A stretch of 27,600 nucleotides of DNA from contig JANQHR010000132.1 in NCBI GenBank assembly GCA_028282585.1, forward strand, positions 1-27,600, in the 5' to 3' direction. Origin of the DNA: Bacteroidales bacterium (GTDB lineage Bacteria > Bacteroidota > Bacteroidia > Bacteroidales > UBA12077). How positions within the stretch are numbered: position 1 is the first letter of the stretch; each line of letters opens with the position of its first letter. Positions 1-10,023 of this stretch are shown one piece after another. The notes under the pieces are model-generated. The model did no database searches. It had not been told where the DNA came from and saw nothing but the letters and a program-made list of their open reading frames with translations. The translations under genes and the position numbers were made by a program.

Positions 1-61
1 AAAACCAAGCTTATTTAATTGATTATCAATGTGTTATATAACTTATTTTAAAATGTTTAAC

Positions 62-90
62 AAAAAAAGTCGGAAGAAAAATCTTCCGAC
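62..90 (-). terminator. Intrinsic terminator after the VOC gene
   Basis: Perfect 9-bp stem GTCGGAAGA/TCTTCCGAC with a 4-nt loop. The A7 tract on its left reads as a U-tail on the minus strand. Confidence 0.8.
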
Positions 91-120
91 CATGACTGCA
101 TGAAAACCGCTTTTAAAATC

Positions 121-480
121 TTAATTGTCTGAATATAATCCTAACTGGTTACCTTCCGAATCAATAAATAAGGCAAAGTATCCTCTGCCCTCTGCTTCAA
201 TCTTAGTTTTAGGTTTTGTTACTTTCCCTCCGGCATTCCAAACTTTTTCCAAAGTAGTTTCCATATCACCCTCTACAAAAAAACTAACAATAACTCCGTC
301 TTTCGACGGTTTAAAATCTGGTGCCAAAGAGATAGCTCCTTCTTCATTTGGGAAGCAAGCCATTTTTTCTGTTTCAAAATCTAATATCTCTAAATTTAAA
401 TCAAGTACTGCATTATAAAAATCAGCAGCCCTATTAATGTCTGTTGCGGGTATTTCGACCCAGGAAATTAATCTACTCAT
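121..480 (-). CDS. VOC (glyoxalase/bleomycin resistance) family protein
   Basis: Motifs ISWVEIPATD..RA..FY and G.FALFIDSEGNQLGL. Start moved from 510 to the ATG at 480 because a -7 promoter lies at 508-515. Confidence 0.88.
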   Translation of the reverse strand: MSRLISWVEIPATDINRAADFYNAVLDLNLEILDFETEKMACFPNEEGAISLAPDFKPSKDGVIVSFFVEGDMETTLEKVWNAGGKVTKPKTKIEAEGRGYFALFIDSEGNQLGLYSDN

Positions 481-507
481 AACTATATCTTTTAAATGTT
501 TACAAAA

Positions 508-553
508 CAAAATTAGATATCTGAGAAGTGAGGAAATTGTAAGAAACGGACAT
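508..553 (-). promoter_or_regulatory. -7 promoter element (TAATTTTG, 508-515) plus putative AraC operator (535-553)
   Basis: Matches the Bacteroidota TAnnTTTG consensus. The motif ATGTCCGTTTCTTACAATT recurs at 1401-1419 with 17/19 identity. Confidence 0.6.
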
Positions 554-555
554 GA

Positions 556-1368
556 TTAAGAAAAGTAATCGGAGCAAGGTTCACAGCGCTTAAAAAAATC
601 TTTTGGTGCATATCCGGTATAAGATTTAAATTCGTTCGTAAAGTGTGCCTGATCATAATATCCGCACTTATAAGCTAACTCTGTTAAGTTTTTTACAGAT
701 TGAATTTGCTGATTATAAATCGCATTTTGAAAACGAACTATTTGAGTAAATTGTTTAGGTTTCATTCCTACAAACTCTGTGAATTTTCTGTTAAACTGCT
801 TAGTGCTTAAACACGCATAGTCTGCAAGACTTTTGACTGATACTAAACCTCTTTGTTGATTTATTTTGTTTATACTGTAGTTAATTCGTTTGTGATCTTC
901 AGTATATAGTTCTTTTAACTGGTGAATTAGAAACTCCTCTATGATTTGTATTCTATTTGAATTACTTTTTGAAATACATAACTCATATTCTATATTTCTA
1001 GCAGCTATTCCTAAAATATCTTCTAAAGCTACAAAGTTATTCTCAACTTCGTTTATCGGTAATTTTAAAAAAAGCTTTGCTGCATCCGGTTTAAAAGTAA
1101 CCGCTATTAATCCTACCTTTCCTGTTGGAGAAATATCATAAAACTCACTGCTTTGTCCTGTAAAAAGGAAAGCTGGTTGCAGTGTTTTCGCATTATTCTT
1201 ATCAATATGCATATACTTGTCACCATAATGGAAAATCAATTCAGTAAATCCGGTTGGATATATTCTGGGTTTACAAACTTCTTTTAAAGGTTCGCGTTCT
1301 TCTAAAATCCAGTAATGCTTTATAAAAGCTTGTAAAACTTTATTTGGCTGAATAAACTGATAATCCAT
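556..1368 (-). CDS. AraC family transcriptional regulator (DUF6597-type N-terminus)
   Basis: C-terminal HTH: LS.KQFNRKF..FVGMKPKQF..IVRFQ and LAYKCGYYDQAHFTNEFKSYTGYAP. N-terminus has P...LQAFIKHYW. Confidence 0.92.
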   Translation of the reverse strand: MDYQFIQPNKVLQAFIKHYWILEEREPLKEVCKPRIYPTGFTELIFHYGDKYMHIDKNNAKTLQPAFLFTGQSSEFYDISPTGKVGLIAVTFKPDAAKLFLKLPINEVENNFVALEDILGIAARNIEYELCISKSNSNRIQIIEEFLIHQLKELYTEDHKRINYSINKINQQRGLVSVKSLADYACLSTKQFNRKFTEFVGMKPKQFTQIVRFQNAIYNQQIQSVKNLTELAYKCGYYDQAHFTNEFKSYTGYAPKDFFKRCEPCSDYFS

Positions 1369-1374
1369 ATTTTA

Positions 1375-1419
1375 CAAAGATACAGATGATTTTAATTCAT
1401 AATTGTAAAAAAAGGACAT
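1375..1419 (-). promoter_or_regulatory. -7 promoter element (TATCTTTG, 1375-1382) plus putative AraC operator (1401-1419)
   Basis: Consensus -7 element 6 nt before the ATG. The second motif copy, ATGTCCTTTTTTTACAATT, sits at nearly the same spacing as the first. Confidence 0.6.
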
Positions 1420-1431
1420 AGCTGTAGAAAT

Positions 1432-1462
1432 AAAAAAGGTCATCAATTAATGATGACCTTTT
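1432..1462 (-). terminator. Intrinsic terminator, possibly bidirectional
   Basis: AAAAGGTCATCA/TGATGACCTTTT inverted repeat just after the TPR gene stop. Confidence 0.85.
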
Positions 1463-1481
1463 GAATATTTTAAAGAATTAC

Positions 1482-3200
1482 TTATTCAACGATAGTTTTG
1501 AAAGTTTCGTTTTCGAAGTAGTTTCTGAATTCTAAATCAGTTTTAGCCATAGCTTTAAGATCAGCATCTTTTTCAACTGCAGTTCTTAAATTATTCATAA
1601 CAGCTGCTTCATCACCAATGCGCGCATTAATAACAGCTTTTAAATAATAATTCATTGGATGTTCTTTCTCAACAACATCAATCGTTTTGTTAGCTGAATC
1701 ATTTTTACCAGCTAATAACATTGCTAATGCAGTATTGAAAGACTTATGATTTTGGAAATAATTAACAGCTGCTTCATATTCACCATCCATAATATTGATA
1801 ATACCTAAGTTGTAATCAACAGCATTTCCGGCATCAGTTGAATTTAAGAAACGGGTTTTAGCAGTTTCCTTATCTCCTTCCATTAAAGCAATAACACCTA
1901 AGTTGTTAGTAATGATAGCATCGCCATCCTTAATTTCGTTAGCTTTTTCCAAAGAAGCTTTCGCATCAGTCAAGTTGCCTTGTAGAATTAATGTGTAAGC
2001 TAGGTTATTATGAGCTCTGAAACATCCTTCGTGTTTTTCAGTTGCAGTTTTGTAAATAGTAGCTTTAGTAGCTAAGTCTTCAGCCATTTTACCAGCATAT
2101 AATAATTCTTCAAGATTTAAAGTATCTGGCTTGTTAATCGCGAAATCAGCAATTTCTTCGTCAGAGAAACCAATCTTATCAACTTTAATTTTTATTTCAG
2201 AACGTCTTAATTCAGGTAAAATATCATCAGCTAATACTTCATATGTAGCAGCCATGTTTTTGATTTCTTTCTCACGAACTACAGGATCTGAGTACATAGA
2301 AAGAACTCTTAATATAAGATCTCTATCTTCAATACTTGAACCTTCAACCAAAGTTTTGAAACCATCCCAGTCTTCAGCAGTAGATTTTAAGTTATATAAA
2401 GTTTCTGCATCTTCTTTGTTAATTTTAGCTTTGCCAATAACTTTTGCCAAATATTTGTCTGCAGATTTCTTTCTTTGTACAGATAATCTTTCATTTAATT
2501 TTTCCGGTCCGTCAGGAGAAGCATAAGCAGAAATCTCGATTCCTTTGAATTCTTCGTTAACGGCCTCGTTAGCCATTTTTACGAACTCTTCAAGTTCTTT
2601 AATATCTTCAGCTTTTAACTCTGATCTACGAACTTCTGATCTTTGAATAACATAATGAATATCCGCTTCTTTTTCTTGCGTAATAATTCTTTGAAAGTTA
2701 TCTTTATGAGTAACGGGCATAGGATCAACCATTACTAATAATGGAGTAGAGATAACACCGTCAGCTAATTTCACTGCTAATAATGGTAGCTGATCATCAT
2801 TAATAGATGCAACTGCTCTCATTTCAAGTTCGCCATCTTTCATAGCTTCTTGATATTGGAATTCACCCGCAAATTCCATTGAACCACCAGTTTCAAAACC
2901 AATTACTTTATTATTAGCTTCAACACTTTCTCCTTGATATGTTTTTGATTCTAAAACTTCTTCACCACCTTCATACTTGTAAACCGGAGTAAATTCAACA
3001 ACAGCTTTTTTGTTGAACCATTCTGCTGGTATGTCGCCTTTAATTTCATATTTAACTGCGCCAGCATGCATTTCCAAAACTTTTGGAGTTACACTATACT
3101 GAAGATTCGAAGCTTCTTCTTTCATTTTATCTAATCCGCCACAGCTACTCAATATCACTGCAACAAATAAGAAAGATGCTAAATAGTTGATTCTTTTCAT
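1482..3200 (-). CDS. Lipoprotein with an OmpA-like domain and C-terminal tetratricopeptide repeats
   Basis: Lipobox-like ILSSC. OmpA-like ISAYASPDG...NERLS..R. TPR-like helices (AHNNLAY, ITNNLGVIAL..GD, YNLGII). Confidence 0.8.
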   Translation of the reverse strand: MKRINYLASFLFVAVILSSCGGLDKMKEEASNLQYSVTPKVLEMHAGAVKYEIKGDIPAEWFNKKAVVEFTPVYKYEGGEEVLESKTYQGESVEANNKVIGFETGGSMEFAGEFQYQEAMKDGELEMRAVASINDDQLPLLAVKLADGVISTPLLVMVDPMPVTHKDNFQRIITQEKEADIHYVIQRSEVRRSELKAEDIKELEEFVKMANEAVNEEFKGIEISAYASPDGPEKLNERLSVQRKKSADKYLAKVIGKAKINKEDAETLYNLKSTAEDWDGFKTLVEGSSIEDRDLILRVLSMYSDPVVREKEIKNMAATYEVLADDILPELRRSEIKIKVDKIGFSDEEIADFAINKPDTLNLEELLYAGKMAEDLATKATIYKTATEKHEGCFRAHNNLAYTLILQGNLTDAKASLEKANEIKDGDAIITNNLGVIALMEGDKETAKTRFLNSTDAGNAVDYNLGIINIMDGEYEAAVNYFQNHKSFNTALAMLLAGKNDSANKTIDVVEKEHPMNYYLKAVINARIGDEAAVMNNLRTAVEKDADLKAMAKTDLEFRNYFENETFKTIVE

Positions 3201-3277
3201 AGTTTGATTAAGTTATTTGTTTTTAAAATTGCTATTTCAAGTTTTACTAAAGATACAAACTTAATAATGTTTTGGTT

Positions 3278-3292
3278 AAAAAAAAAAAAAAA
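3278..3292. repeat. A15 homopolymer tract upstream of the TPR lipoprotein
   Basis: 15 consecutive A, read directly. Confidence 0.85.
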
Positions 3293-3319
3293 GCTGTAAA
3301 ATATATATTATATAAGGGC

Positions 3320-3955
3320 TTATATGGTTATCCGGTTTATTCCAACAGAATAATCCTGAGTAAAGATATATCTCTTTACTTTCAAGTAATCATCAGGGTT
3401 CTCGACTAAATCCATATTATTTGCATCAATGATCAAATATTTTATATCGTTTTGCTGCCTGAAGAAGTCGAAATAACCTTCTTGTAATTTCAGTAAATAT
3501 TCTTCCGGTATCTCTTTTTCGTAATCTCTACCTCGCTTTTGGATATTTTCTTTCAGTTTCTTAACCTCCATATGTAAATAAACATACAAATCAGGTTTAG
3601 GAATTGATTTATAAATGATATTAAATATCTGGCGATACAGGTTATATTCATCCTCTTTTAAAGTAGCACGGGCAAAAATCAGGGATTTCATAAAATAATA
3701 ATCTGCTACGGTAAAAGGCCTAAACAAATCGCGAGAAGTTAACTCGTTATTTAACTGCTGATATCTTTCTGCCAAAAAAGATAATTCAAGTTGAAATGAA
3801 TATTTATCAGGTTCTTTATAAAACTTTGGAAGGAAAGGATTATCTACAAATTGTTCCAAAATAAGCTTAGCATTAAAATCTTTCGCAATCATTTTTGATA
3901 AAGTAGTCTTGCCAGCTCCTATATTTCCTTCTATTACAATATAATTCAGATCCAC
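3320..3955 (-). CDS. Deoxynucleoside kinase (dNK family)
   Basis: P-loop IVIEGNIGAGKTT, NPFL.KFY, PDL.VYL and lid motif I.KRGRDYE. GTG start. Confidence 0.92.
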   Translation of the reverse strand: MDLNYIVIEGNIGAGKTTLSKMIAKDFNAKLILEQFVDNPFLPKFYKEPDKYSFQLELSFLAERYQQLNNELTSRDLFRPFTVADYYFMKSLIFARATLKEDEYNLYRQIFNIIYKSIPKPDLYVYLHMEVKKLKENIQKRGRDYEKEIPEEYLLKLQEGYFDFFRQQNDIKYLIIDANNMDLVENPDDYLKVKRYIFTQDYSVGINRITI

Positions 3956-4047
3956 TAACTAAAATATTAAAAAACCGCTTCAAAGATAAACTTCAAAGCA
4001 GTTTTTGATATAATTATTCTTAAAAATTTTTACAAAAAATGATCAAA

Positions 4048-6171
4048 TTATTCTCTATAAGCCGGTATTATTCCCATATTAAAAAAAGCGAATGACCACT
4101 TGTCTGCTGATTCCTCAATTCTCACGCTTGTTGGCTTCCCTGAACCATGCCCTGCTTTCGTTTGAATCCTTACTAATACAGGGTTTTTACCTTTGTATTT
4201 TTCTTGCAAGGTTGCAATATACTTAAATGAATGCGCCGGAACTACGCGATCATCATGATCTGCAGTAATTACCATTACGGCAGGATAATCAATATCATCG
4301 CTAATATTATGTAAAGGTGAATAATTGAAAAGATTTTTAAAATGAATAGAATCTTCACTTGATCCATATTCCTCAACCCAAGCCCATCCAATTGTAAACT
4401 TATGATAACGAAGCATATCCATTACACCAACCTCTGGAAAAGCAACCTTATATAGATCCGGACGTTGATTAATAACGGCACCAACCAATAGTCCTCCGTT
4501 TGATCCTCCTCTAATCGTTAATCTTTCAGGACTAGTATATTTCTCATTTATTAAATATTCCGATGCAGAAATAAAATCGTCAAATACATTTTGTTTATTT
4601 AAACGAATACCTGCCTTGTGCCAATTTTCTCCATATTCGCCACCACCTCGAATATTTGCTAAAGCAAAAATTCCATTATTCTCTAACCAAATCAATCTAT
4701 CAGTCTTAAATCCAGGTGTTCTGCTTGAATTAAATCCGCCATACGCATATAGTAATGTTGGATTATTACCATCCAACTTTAATCCTTTTTTATGAACTAT
4801 AAACATTGGAACTTTTATTCCATCTTTAGCCTTAAAGAAGATCTGTTTTGTTTCATATTTCGAAGCATCAAAATCAAATTCTGGTTCAAAGAATACTTCA
4901 TTTGATTTACTTTTCATATCAAATTTAAAAACTGTAGGTGGTACCGTAAATGATTTGAAGGTATAGAAAGCTTCGTTGTTCTTAGTTGAACTTTTAATAT
5001 CGCTTACGCTTCCAATTGCAGGTAATTCAATATCTTGTATATAATCACCTTTATTGTTATAAATCTCTAATTTTGTTTTAGCATCAATCATGTAAGATGC
5101 GATTATCTTATCATCTACTAATACACAATTCTTCAACACATCTTTTTTCTCAGGAATAACATCAATCCAGTTACCAACATTTAGTTTATCTACAGGAATT
5201 CTAACCAATTTGTATTTTGGAGCATTATAGTTTGTAAGTACAATTAAATTGTCTCCTAATTGATCCAACACATCATATTTGTAGTTAAATCCTGTTGTAA
5301 GCTTTACAAACGCTTCTTTCTTTTGAAGATTTTTAACATAGAGATTATTTCCACTAGATGATTCCCTTTCATAAACGAACAAATATTTCTCATCACTTGA
5401 AACTTCTGCTGTATATAATCTTAAAGGGTTTTCTTTGTTTTCAAATATGATCTTGTCATCTTTAGGATCAGTTCCTAACTTATGATATTTAATCTTTTGG
5501 AACTTATTCATACCGGTTAATTCTTCTCCTTCTTTAGCTGCTGGATATGCACTATAATAAAATCCATCCTTATACCAGGCAATATCTGAAAATTTCACCC
5601 ATTTAATATGATCTTCCAGATCTTTTCCAGATTCAATTTCTCTTACGAAAATTTCTTGCCAGTCTGAACCTCCTTTTGATAAAAGATAAGCTAGATATTT
5701 TCCATCGCTAGAGATAGCAAATCTTGAGCTTAAAGCCACTGTTCCGTCTTCTGACAATTTGTTAGGATCAATAAGAACAATAGGCTCTCCATCTAACGAC
5801 TTTTGCATGTATAATATTGGTTGATCCTGAACGCCGTCATTTTTAAAATAGAAATAAGAATCCCCTTTTTTTACAGGTGATTTTATGGTTTCAAATGCAT
5901 ATAATTCTGTCAGACGGTTTTTTATTTTTTCTCTGAACGGAATTTGAGCCAAATATTCATTTGTTACCTGATTTTGTGCTTTCACCCATTCTTCGGTTTC
6001 AGGGGAACGATCATCTTCTAACCATCGGTAAGGATCCTCAACCTCTACACCGAAATATTCATCAACCTGGTCTACTTTTTTGGTCTCAGGATATTTTATT
6101 TTTGTAGAATCCGTGCAAGAAGAAAACCAAATTACAAATACGATCAATAAGAGAAAAATTCTTTGTTTCAT
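4048..6171 (-). CDS. Prolyl oligopeptidase (S9A), probable lipoprotein
   Basis: DPYRWLED, nucleophile motif GGSNGGLL, ADHDDRV and AGHG. N-terminal lipobox-like FSSC. Confidence 0.95.
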   Translation of the reverse strand: MKQRIFLLLIVFVIWFSSCTDSTKIKYPETKKVDQVDEYFGVEVEDPYRWLEDDRSPETEEWVKAQNQVTNEYLAQIPFREKIKNRLTELYAFETIKSPVKKGDSYFYFKNDGVQDQPILYMQKSLDGEPIVLIDPNKLSEDGTVALSSRFAISSDGKYLAYLLSKGGSDWQEIFVREIESGKDLEDHIKWVKFSDIAWYKDGFYYSAYPAAKEGEELTGMNKFQKIKYHKLGTDPKDDKIIFENKENPLRLYTAEVSSDEKYLFVYERESSSGNNLYVKNLQKKEAFVKLTTGFNYKYDVLDQLGDNLIVLTNYNAPKYKLVRIPVDKLNVGNWIDVIPEKKDVLKNCVLVDDKIIASYMIDAKTKLEIYNNKGDYIQDIELPAIGSVSDIKSSTKNNEAFYTFKSFTVPPTVFKFDMKSKSNEVFFEPEFDFDASKYETKQIFFKAKDGIKVPMFIVHKKGLKLDGNNPTLLYAYGGFNSSRTPGFKTDRLIWLENNGIFALANIRGGGEYGENWHKAGIRLNKQNVFDDFISASEYLINEKYTSPERLTIRGGSNGGLLVGAVINQRPDLYKVAFPEVGVMDMLRYHKFTIGWAWVEEYGSSEDSIHFKNLFNYSPLHNISDDIDYPAVMVITADHDDRVVPAHSFKYIATLQEKYKGKNPVLVRIQTKAGHGSGKPTSVRIEESADKWSFAFFNMGIIPAYRE

Positions 6172-6267
6172 AGTCTTTATTTATTTATTATCCACCCAGT
6201 AAATTTATAAAAGAAATAACTGTTTTCAAAATTACCTTAACAAACTATAATACAGCATGTAATACAT

Positions 6268-6294
6268 AAAAAAAGCAGAGATAAACTCTGCTTT
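6268..6294 (-). terminator. Intrinsic terminator after pnp
   Basis: AAAGCAGAG/CTCTGCTTT stem with an A tract on the left. Confidence 0.8.
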
Positions 6295-6297
6295 ATA

Positions 6298-8469
6298 TTA
6301 TTTTTTTTCTTCTTCTTTATTTTGTCTTTCCGGATTTTTCTTTTTTTCTGGCCTAGGCAATAATGCTTTTCTTGAAAGTTTCAGTTTTCCGTTTCTTTTA
6401 TCAATCTCAATAACTTTTACTTCAACCTCTTCACCTTCTTTTAATACTTGATTTACTTTTTCTACTCTACGCCATTCAATTTCTGAAATGTGTAATAATC
6501 CTTCTTTTCCAGGTAATATTTCAACAAAAGCGCCAAAATCAACAATTGATTTTACTTTACCCTGATATGTTTTACCCACTTCAGGAACCTCAATAATTCC
6601 ATTAACCATTTTCAAAGCTGTATCAATAGCAACTTTATCTTCAGCAAAAATATCAACTATACCTTCTTCACCTTCTTGAGTAATTGTTATTGTAGTTCCG
6701 GTCTTTTCTTGAATATCCTGAATTACTTTGCCACCAGGTCCAATTACAGCACCAATCATATCTTTAGCGATTGTAATCTGTACAATTCTTGGAGTATGTG
6801 GTTTGTATTCAGCTCTAGGTTCTGGAATAGTTTCAAGCATAGCATTCATAATGTGCATTCTTCCTTGTTTTGCCTGCTCTAAAGCTTTTTCCATAATTTC
6901 ATAAGAAAGTCCTTCGATCTTAATATCCATCTGACAAGCTGTAATTCCATCTCTAGTTCCTGTAACTTTGAAGTCCATATCGCCCAAATGATCTTCATCA
7001 CCTAAAATATCTGAAAGTACCGCCCATTTGTCCGAATCCTTATCAGTAATTAATCCCATTGCAATACCAGATACAGGTTTTTTAAGTTTTACACCTGCGT
7101 CCATCAACGCAAGAGTACCTGCACAAACGGTTGCCATAGAAGAAGAACCATTTGATTCTAAAATATCAGAAACTACACGAACGGCATATGGGTTTTCCTC
7201 TCCTTGAGGTATCATAGGCTTTAATGAGCGGAAAGCCAGATTTCCATGCCCGATTTCACGGCGACCAACACCTCTGTAAGGTCGTGCATCACCTGTTGAG
7301 AATGGTGGGAAATTATAGTGTAATACAAATTTCTCCGTTCCCTGAACCAGCACCTGATCTATTACTTTTTCATCAAGTTTTGTTCCGAGTGTAACGGTTG
7401 TTAATGATTGAGTTTCACCTCTTGTAAAAATTGCGGATCCGTGTGCAGCTGGTAAATAATCAACCTCACACCAAATTGGACGTATTTCATCAGTTTTACG
7501 ACCATCTAACCTGATTTCCTCATCCAAAATCAGTCTGCGAACGGCTTCTTTCTGAACATCATGGAAGTATCTTGAAACTAGAGCTTCATTAAGTTCTTCT
7601 TCTTCACTTAACTCTTCTTGTAGTTTCTCAGTATACTCTTCTTTAATTTTTTCGAAAGCTTCGCTGCGTTCATGTTTTGCTTTGTTCGATTTTGCAGCCT
7701 GATAAACTGCATCGTATAAATCTTTCTTAATTCGCTCTTTTAGCTCTTCATCATTAGTTTCGTGATTATATTCACGTTTTTCAACATTTAACTCTTTTGC
7801 AAGTTCAACCTGGGCCAAGCACTGCATTTTAATTGCTTCATGAGCAAACTTAATTGCCTGTAACATTTCTGCCTCAGAAACTTCGTTCATCTCTCCCTCA
7901 ACCATCATCACATTTTCCATAGTTGCCGCAACTATAATGTCAATATCAGCACTTTCTAACTCAGAAAACGTTGGATTGATCATATAATGACCATCAACTC
8001 TAGCAACACGAACCTCTGAAATGGGGCCATGGAAAGGAATATCCGAAATACTTAATGCAGCAGAAGCTGCTAAACCAGCTAGCGAATCCGGCATAATTTC
8101 CTTATCTGCGGAAATTAACTCTACATTTACAAAAGTTTCTGCGTGATAATCGTCTGGAAATAGCGGGCGTAATGCCCTATCAACTAAACGAGCTACCAAT
8201 ATTTCATAATCTGATGGTCTTGCTTCTCTTTTTAAAAAGCCTCCAGGGAAACGACCAAAAGATGCAAATTTTTCTCTATACTCAACAGATAAGGGCATAA
8301 AGTCTACGTCTTCTCTTGCTTCTTTTGCCGAAACAGCTGTTGCAAGAAGCATTGTACGCCCCATTTTTACAACAACCGAACCATCTGCCTGCTTAGCCAA
8401 TTTACCGGTTTCGATGGTAATTTCTCGTCCACCACCAAGATCGATTGTTTTTTGAATTAAATTATACAT
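6298..8469 (-). CDS. pnp: Polyribonucleotide nucleotidyltransferase
   Basis: [35 protein letters not shown] and [10 protein letters not shown], followed by KH and S1 domains. Lies downstream of rpsO. Confidence 0.98.
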   Translation of the reverse strand: MYNLIQKTIDLGGGREITIETGKLAKQADGSVVVKMGRTMLLATAVSAKEAREDVDFMPLSVEYREKFASFGRFPGGFLKREARPSDYEILVARLVDRALRPLFPDDYHAETFVNVELISADKEIMPDSLAGLAASAALSISDIPFHGPISEVRVARVDGHYMINPTFSELESADIDIIVAATMENVMMVEGEMNEVSEAEMLQAIKFAHEAIKMQCLAQVELAKELNVEKREYNHETNDEELKERIKKDLYDAVYQAAKSNKAKHERSEAFEKIKEEYTEKLQEELSEEEELNEALVSRYFHDVQKEAVRRLILDEEIRLDGRKTDEIRPIWCEVDYLPAAHGSAIFTRGETQSLTTVTLGTKLDEKVIDQVLVQGTEKFVLHYNFPPFSTGDARPYRGVGRREIGHGNLAFRSLKPMIPQGEENPYAVRVVSDILESNGSSSMATVCAGTLALMDAGVKLKKPVSGIAMGLITDKDSDKWAVLSDILGDEDHLGDMDFKVTGTRDGITACQMDIKIEGLSYEIMEKALEQAKQGRMHIMNAMLETIPEPRAEYKPHTPRIVQITIAKDMIGAVIGPGGKVIQDIQEKTGTTITITQEGEEGIVDIFAEDKVAIDTALKMVNGIIEVPEVGKTYQGKVKSIVDFGAFVEILPGKEGLLHISEIEWRRVEKVNQVLKEGEEVEVKVIEIDKRNGKLKLSRKALLPRPEKKKNPERQNKEEEKK

Positions 8470-8526
8470 ATTTTTATTTTCAAAATTTAATAATACACAA
8501 TTCTATATCGATTACAATATAGTAAG

Positions 8527-8556
8527 AAAAAAGGCAATTTTAAAATTGCCCTTTTT
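8527..8556 (-). terminator. Intrinsic terminator after rpsO
   Basis: GGCAATTT/AAATTGCC stem flanked by A and T tracts. Confidence 0.75.
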
Positions 8557-8559
8557 GTT

Positions 8560-8832
8560 TTATTTACGGATATTAAGTTCTTTGATCAGCGCTCGATATT
8601 TTTCAATATCTCTATCTTTTAGATAATCAAGTAGTCTTCTTCTTTTACCAACTAATCTTAAAAGCGCTCTTTGTGTGCTGTAATCTTTTCTGTTAGTCTT
8701 CAGATGCCCCGTCAAATGGCCAATACGTTCTGTAAAAAGAGCAATTTGCCCTTCCGTTGAACCAGTATTAGTCTCTGACTTCCCAAATTGTTTAAAAATT
8801 TCCTGCTTTTTCTCTGCTGTTAAATAGCTCAT
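8560..8832 (-). CDS. rpsO: 30S ribosomal protein S15
   Basis: TGSTEGQIALFTERI.HLT.HLK...KD...RALL.LVGKRRRLLDYL. Confidence 0.98.
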   Translation of the reverse strand: MSYLTAEKKQEIFKQFGKSETNTGSTEGQIALFTERIGHLTGHLKTNRKDYSTQRALLRLVGKRRRLLDYLKDRDIEKYRALIKELNIRK

Positions 8833-8880
8833 ACCTATACGATTTATTTAATGATTTCTATGTATACACTTTAAGATGCG

Positions 8881-8888
8881 CAAAAGTA
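8881..8888 (-). promoter_or_regulatory. -7 promoter element of rpsO (TACTTTTG)
   Basis: Exact TAnnTTTG match 48 nt upstream of the start. Confidence 0.65.
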
Positions 8889-9001
8889 TCTATTTTTTTT
8901 CACATAACAACAAAAATGGATAAAAAAAGTTTGGAATTAATATTTATTTAATGCTTGGTAATGTGTTTGTAACGTAAACCGAAGCAATTTTATTTCAACA
9001 T

Positions 9002-9361
9002 CTAAAACGTTAGAACTTTATCACATTCTACCGTCCATTGCGTAAATTCTTTCATATTGCTCAACTGAACGCCTTTAATAAAATCGAGGTTTGCAACTCC
9101 TCTTGCCTGAGAACAGCCTCCACAACTTTTTACTTCTCCTCCACGCTTTATCACCGATTTCAGCATTCTCTCGATGTTGTAATAACCTTCCTGCGTATTT
9201 TGGTTTGGTAATGCACAAAAAACCGCATCTGCCAATAAAAAGATTTTTATTTCAACTTTATCTCCATGCTCCTTTTGTAATGTCATAGCCATCCGCAAAG
9301 CATTATATGCCTTCTCGGTTCCGTATGGAGCATCGTTAATTATTAATAATATTTTTTGCAT
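9002..9361 (-). CDS. DsrE/YchN-like sulfur-relay family protein
   Basis: IIINDAPYGTEKAYNALR.A, FLLADAV, CGGC..ARG and C-terminal DKVLTF. Confidence 0.9.
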   Translation of the reverse strand: MQKILLIINDAPYGTEKAYNALRMAMTLQKEHGDKVEIKIFLLADAVFCALPNQNTQEGYYNIERMLKSVIKRGGEVKSCGGCSQARGVANLDFIKGVQLSNMKEFTQWTVECDKVLTF

Positions 9362-9469
9362 ACTATTTTCAGCTTTTAATTCCTATTTATCCAACTTGTG
9401 AAACTAGAAATAATTTGTAAGTTATAAAAGAATTGTGTTTTATAGCTCCTTATATTATAAACTGGGCGA

Positions 9470-9781
9470 TTACGGTCTTTTAATTTTTTCAGGATTCTGC
9501 CTACAATCAAAAACGGTTGCAATTTTTATGTAATTATCTTCAAACCAATAAATTATTTTGTAATTTCCTACTACTAAAAAGCGATATTCAAATTTTCTAT
9601 CCGATAGCAGGTCTTCTTTTCTTCCAATTTGTGGAGATTCCTGAAGTTTCAATGTAGATTTTACGAGTAGCTTTACAAGTTTTTTTGCAACACGAACGGA
9701 AGCTCTTTATGCTTTATAATATTCAAAAATATCTTCCAGATTACTCAGCGCTGTCTCAGTCCAAAAGACTTTTATTTCCAT
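9470..9781 (-). pseudogene. Type II toxin, RelE/ParE family, interrupted by an in-frame TAA at 9707-9709
   Basis: From the ATG at 9781 it reads MEIKVFWTETALSNLEDIFEYYKA*RASVRVAKKLV...LQESPQIGR...YRFLVVGNYKIIY...VFDCRQNP in one frame. Overlaps the antitoxin 3' end by 10 nt. Confidence 0.85.
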
Positions 9782-10023
9782 GTATCAATGTCATTCAGAA
9801 TTTCACCAGCATTATGCATTCTATCATTTTCAGAATCATCTTCAGCACTATCTATCAAGGCATTAAATTCTTCAACGGTCATAGTACTTAATTCTTTTTC
9901 AATAACTTTTTTCCTTTCCTGATGAAGTATCTTTTCAAGCTTCTCAATAATTTTTTCATTCTTAACTCGTAAAACTTCTTGAATGAAATGTATTTTTCTT
10001 GTTTGTAAATCCATACTCTTCAT
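9772..10023 (-). CDS. Putative antitoxin (addiction-module type)
   Basis: Small ORF with an acidic tail (MDLQTRKIHFIQEVL...MTVEEFNALIDSAEDD), directly upstream of and overlapping the toxin. -7 element TATTTTTG at 10030-10037. Start is 10023 or 10014. Confidence 0.7.
   Translation of the reverse strand: MKSMDLQTRKIHFIQEVLRVKNEKIIEKLEKILHQERKKVIEKELSTMTVEEFNALIDSAEDDSENDRMHNAGEILNDIDTWK

Noticed and set aside
3969-4006. Hairpin AAAAACCGCTT/AAGCAGTTTTT as a repeat element
   Set aside because: It is imperfect and single copy. It is most simply a weak terminator for the peptidase gene overlapping the kinase promoter.
9707-9709. Stop-codon reassignment or readthrough in the toxin
   Set aside because: TAA is the normal terminator of most genes in the window and has no Sec or Pyl meaning.
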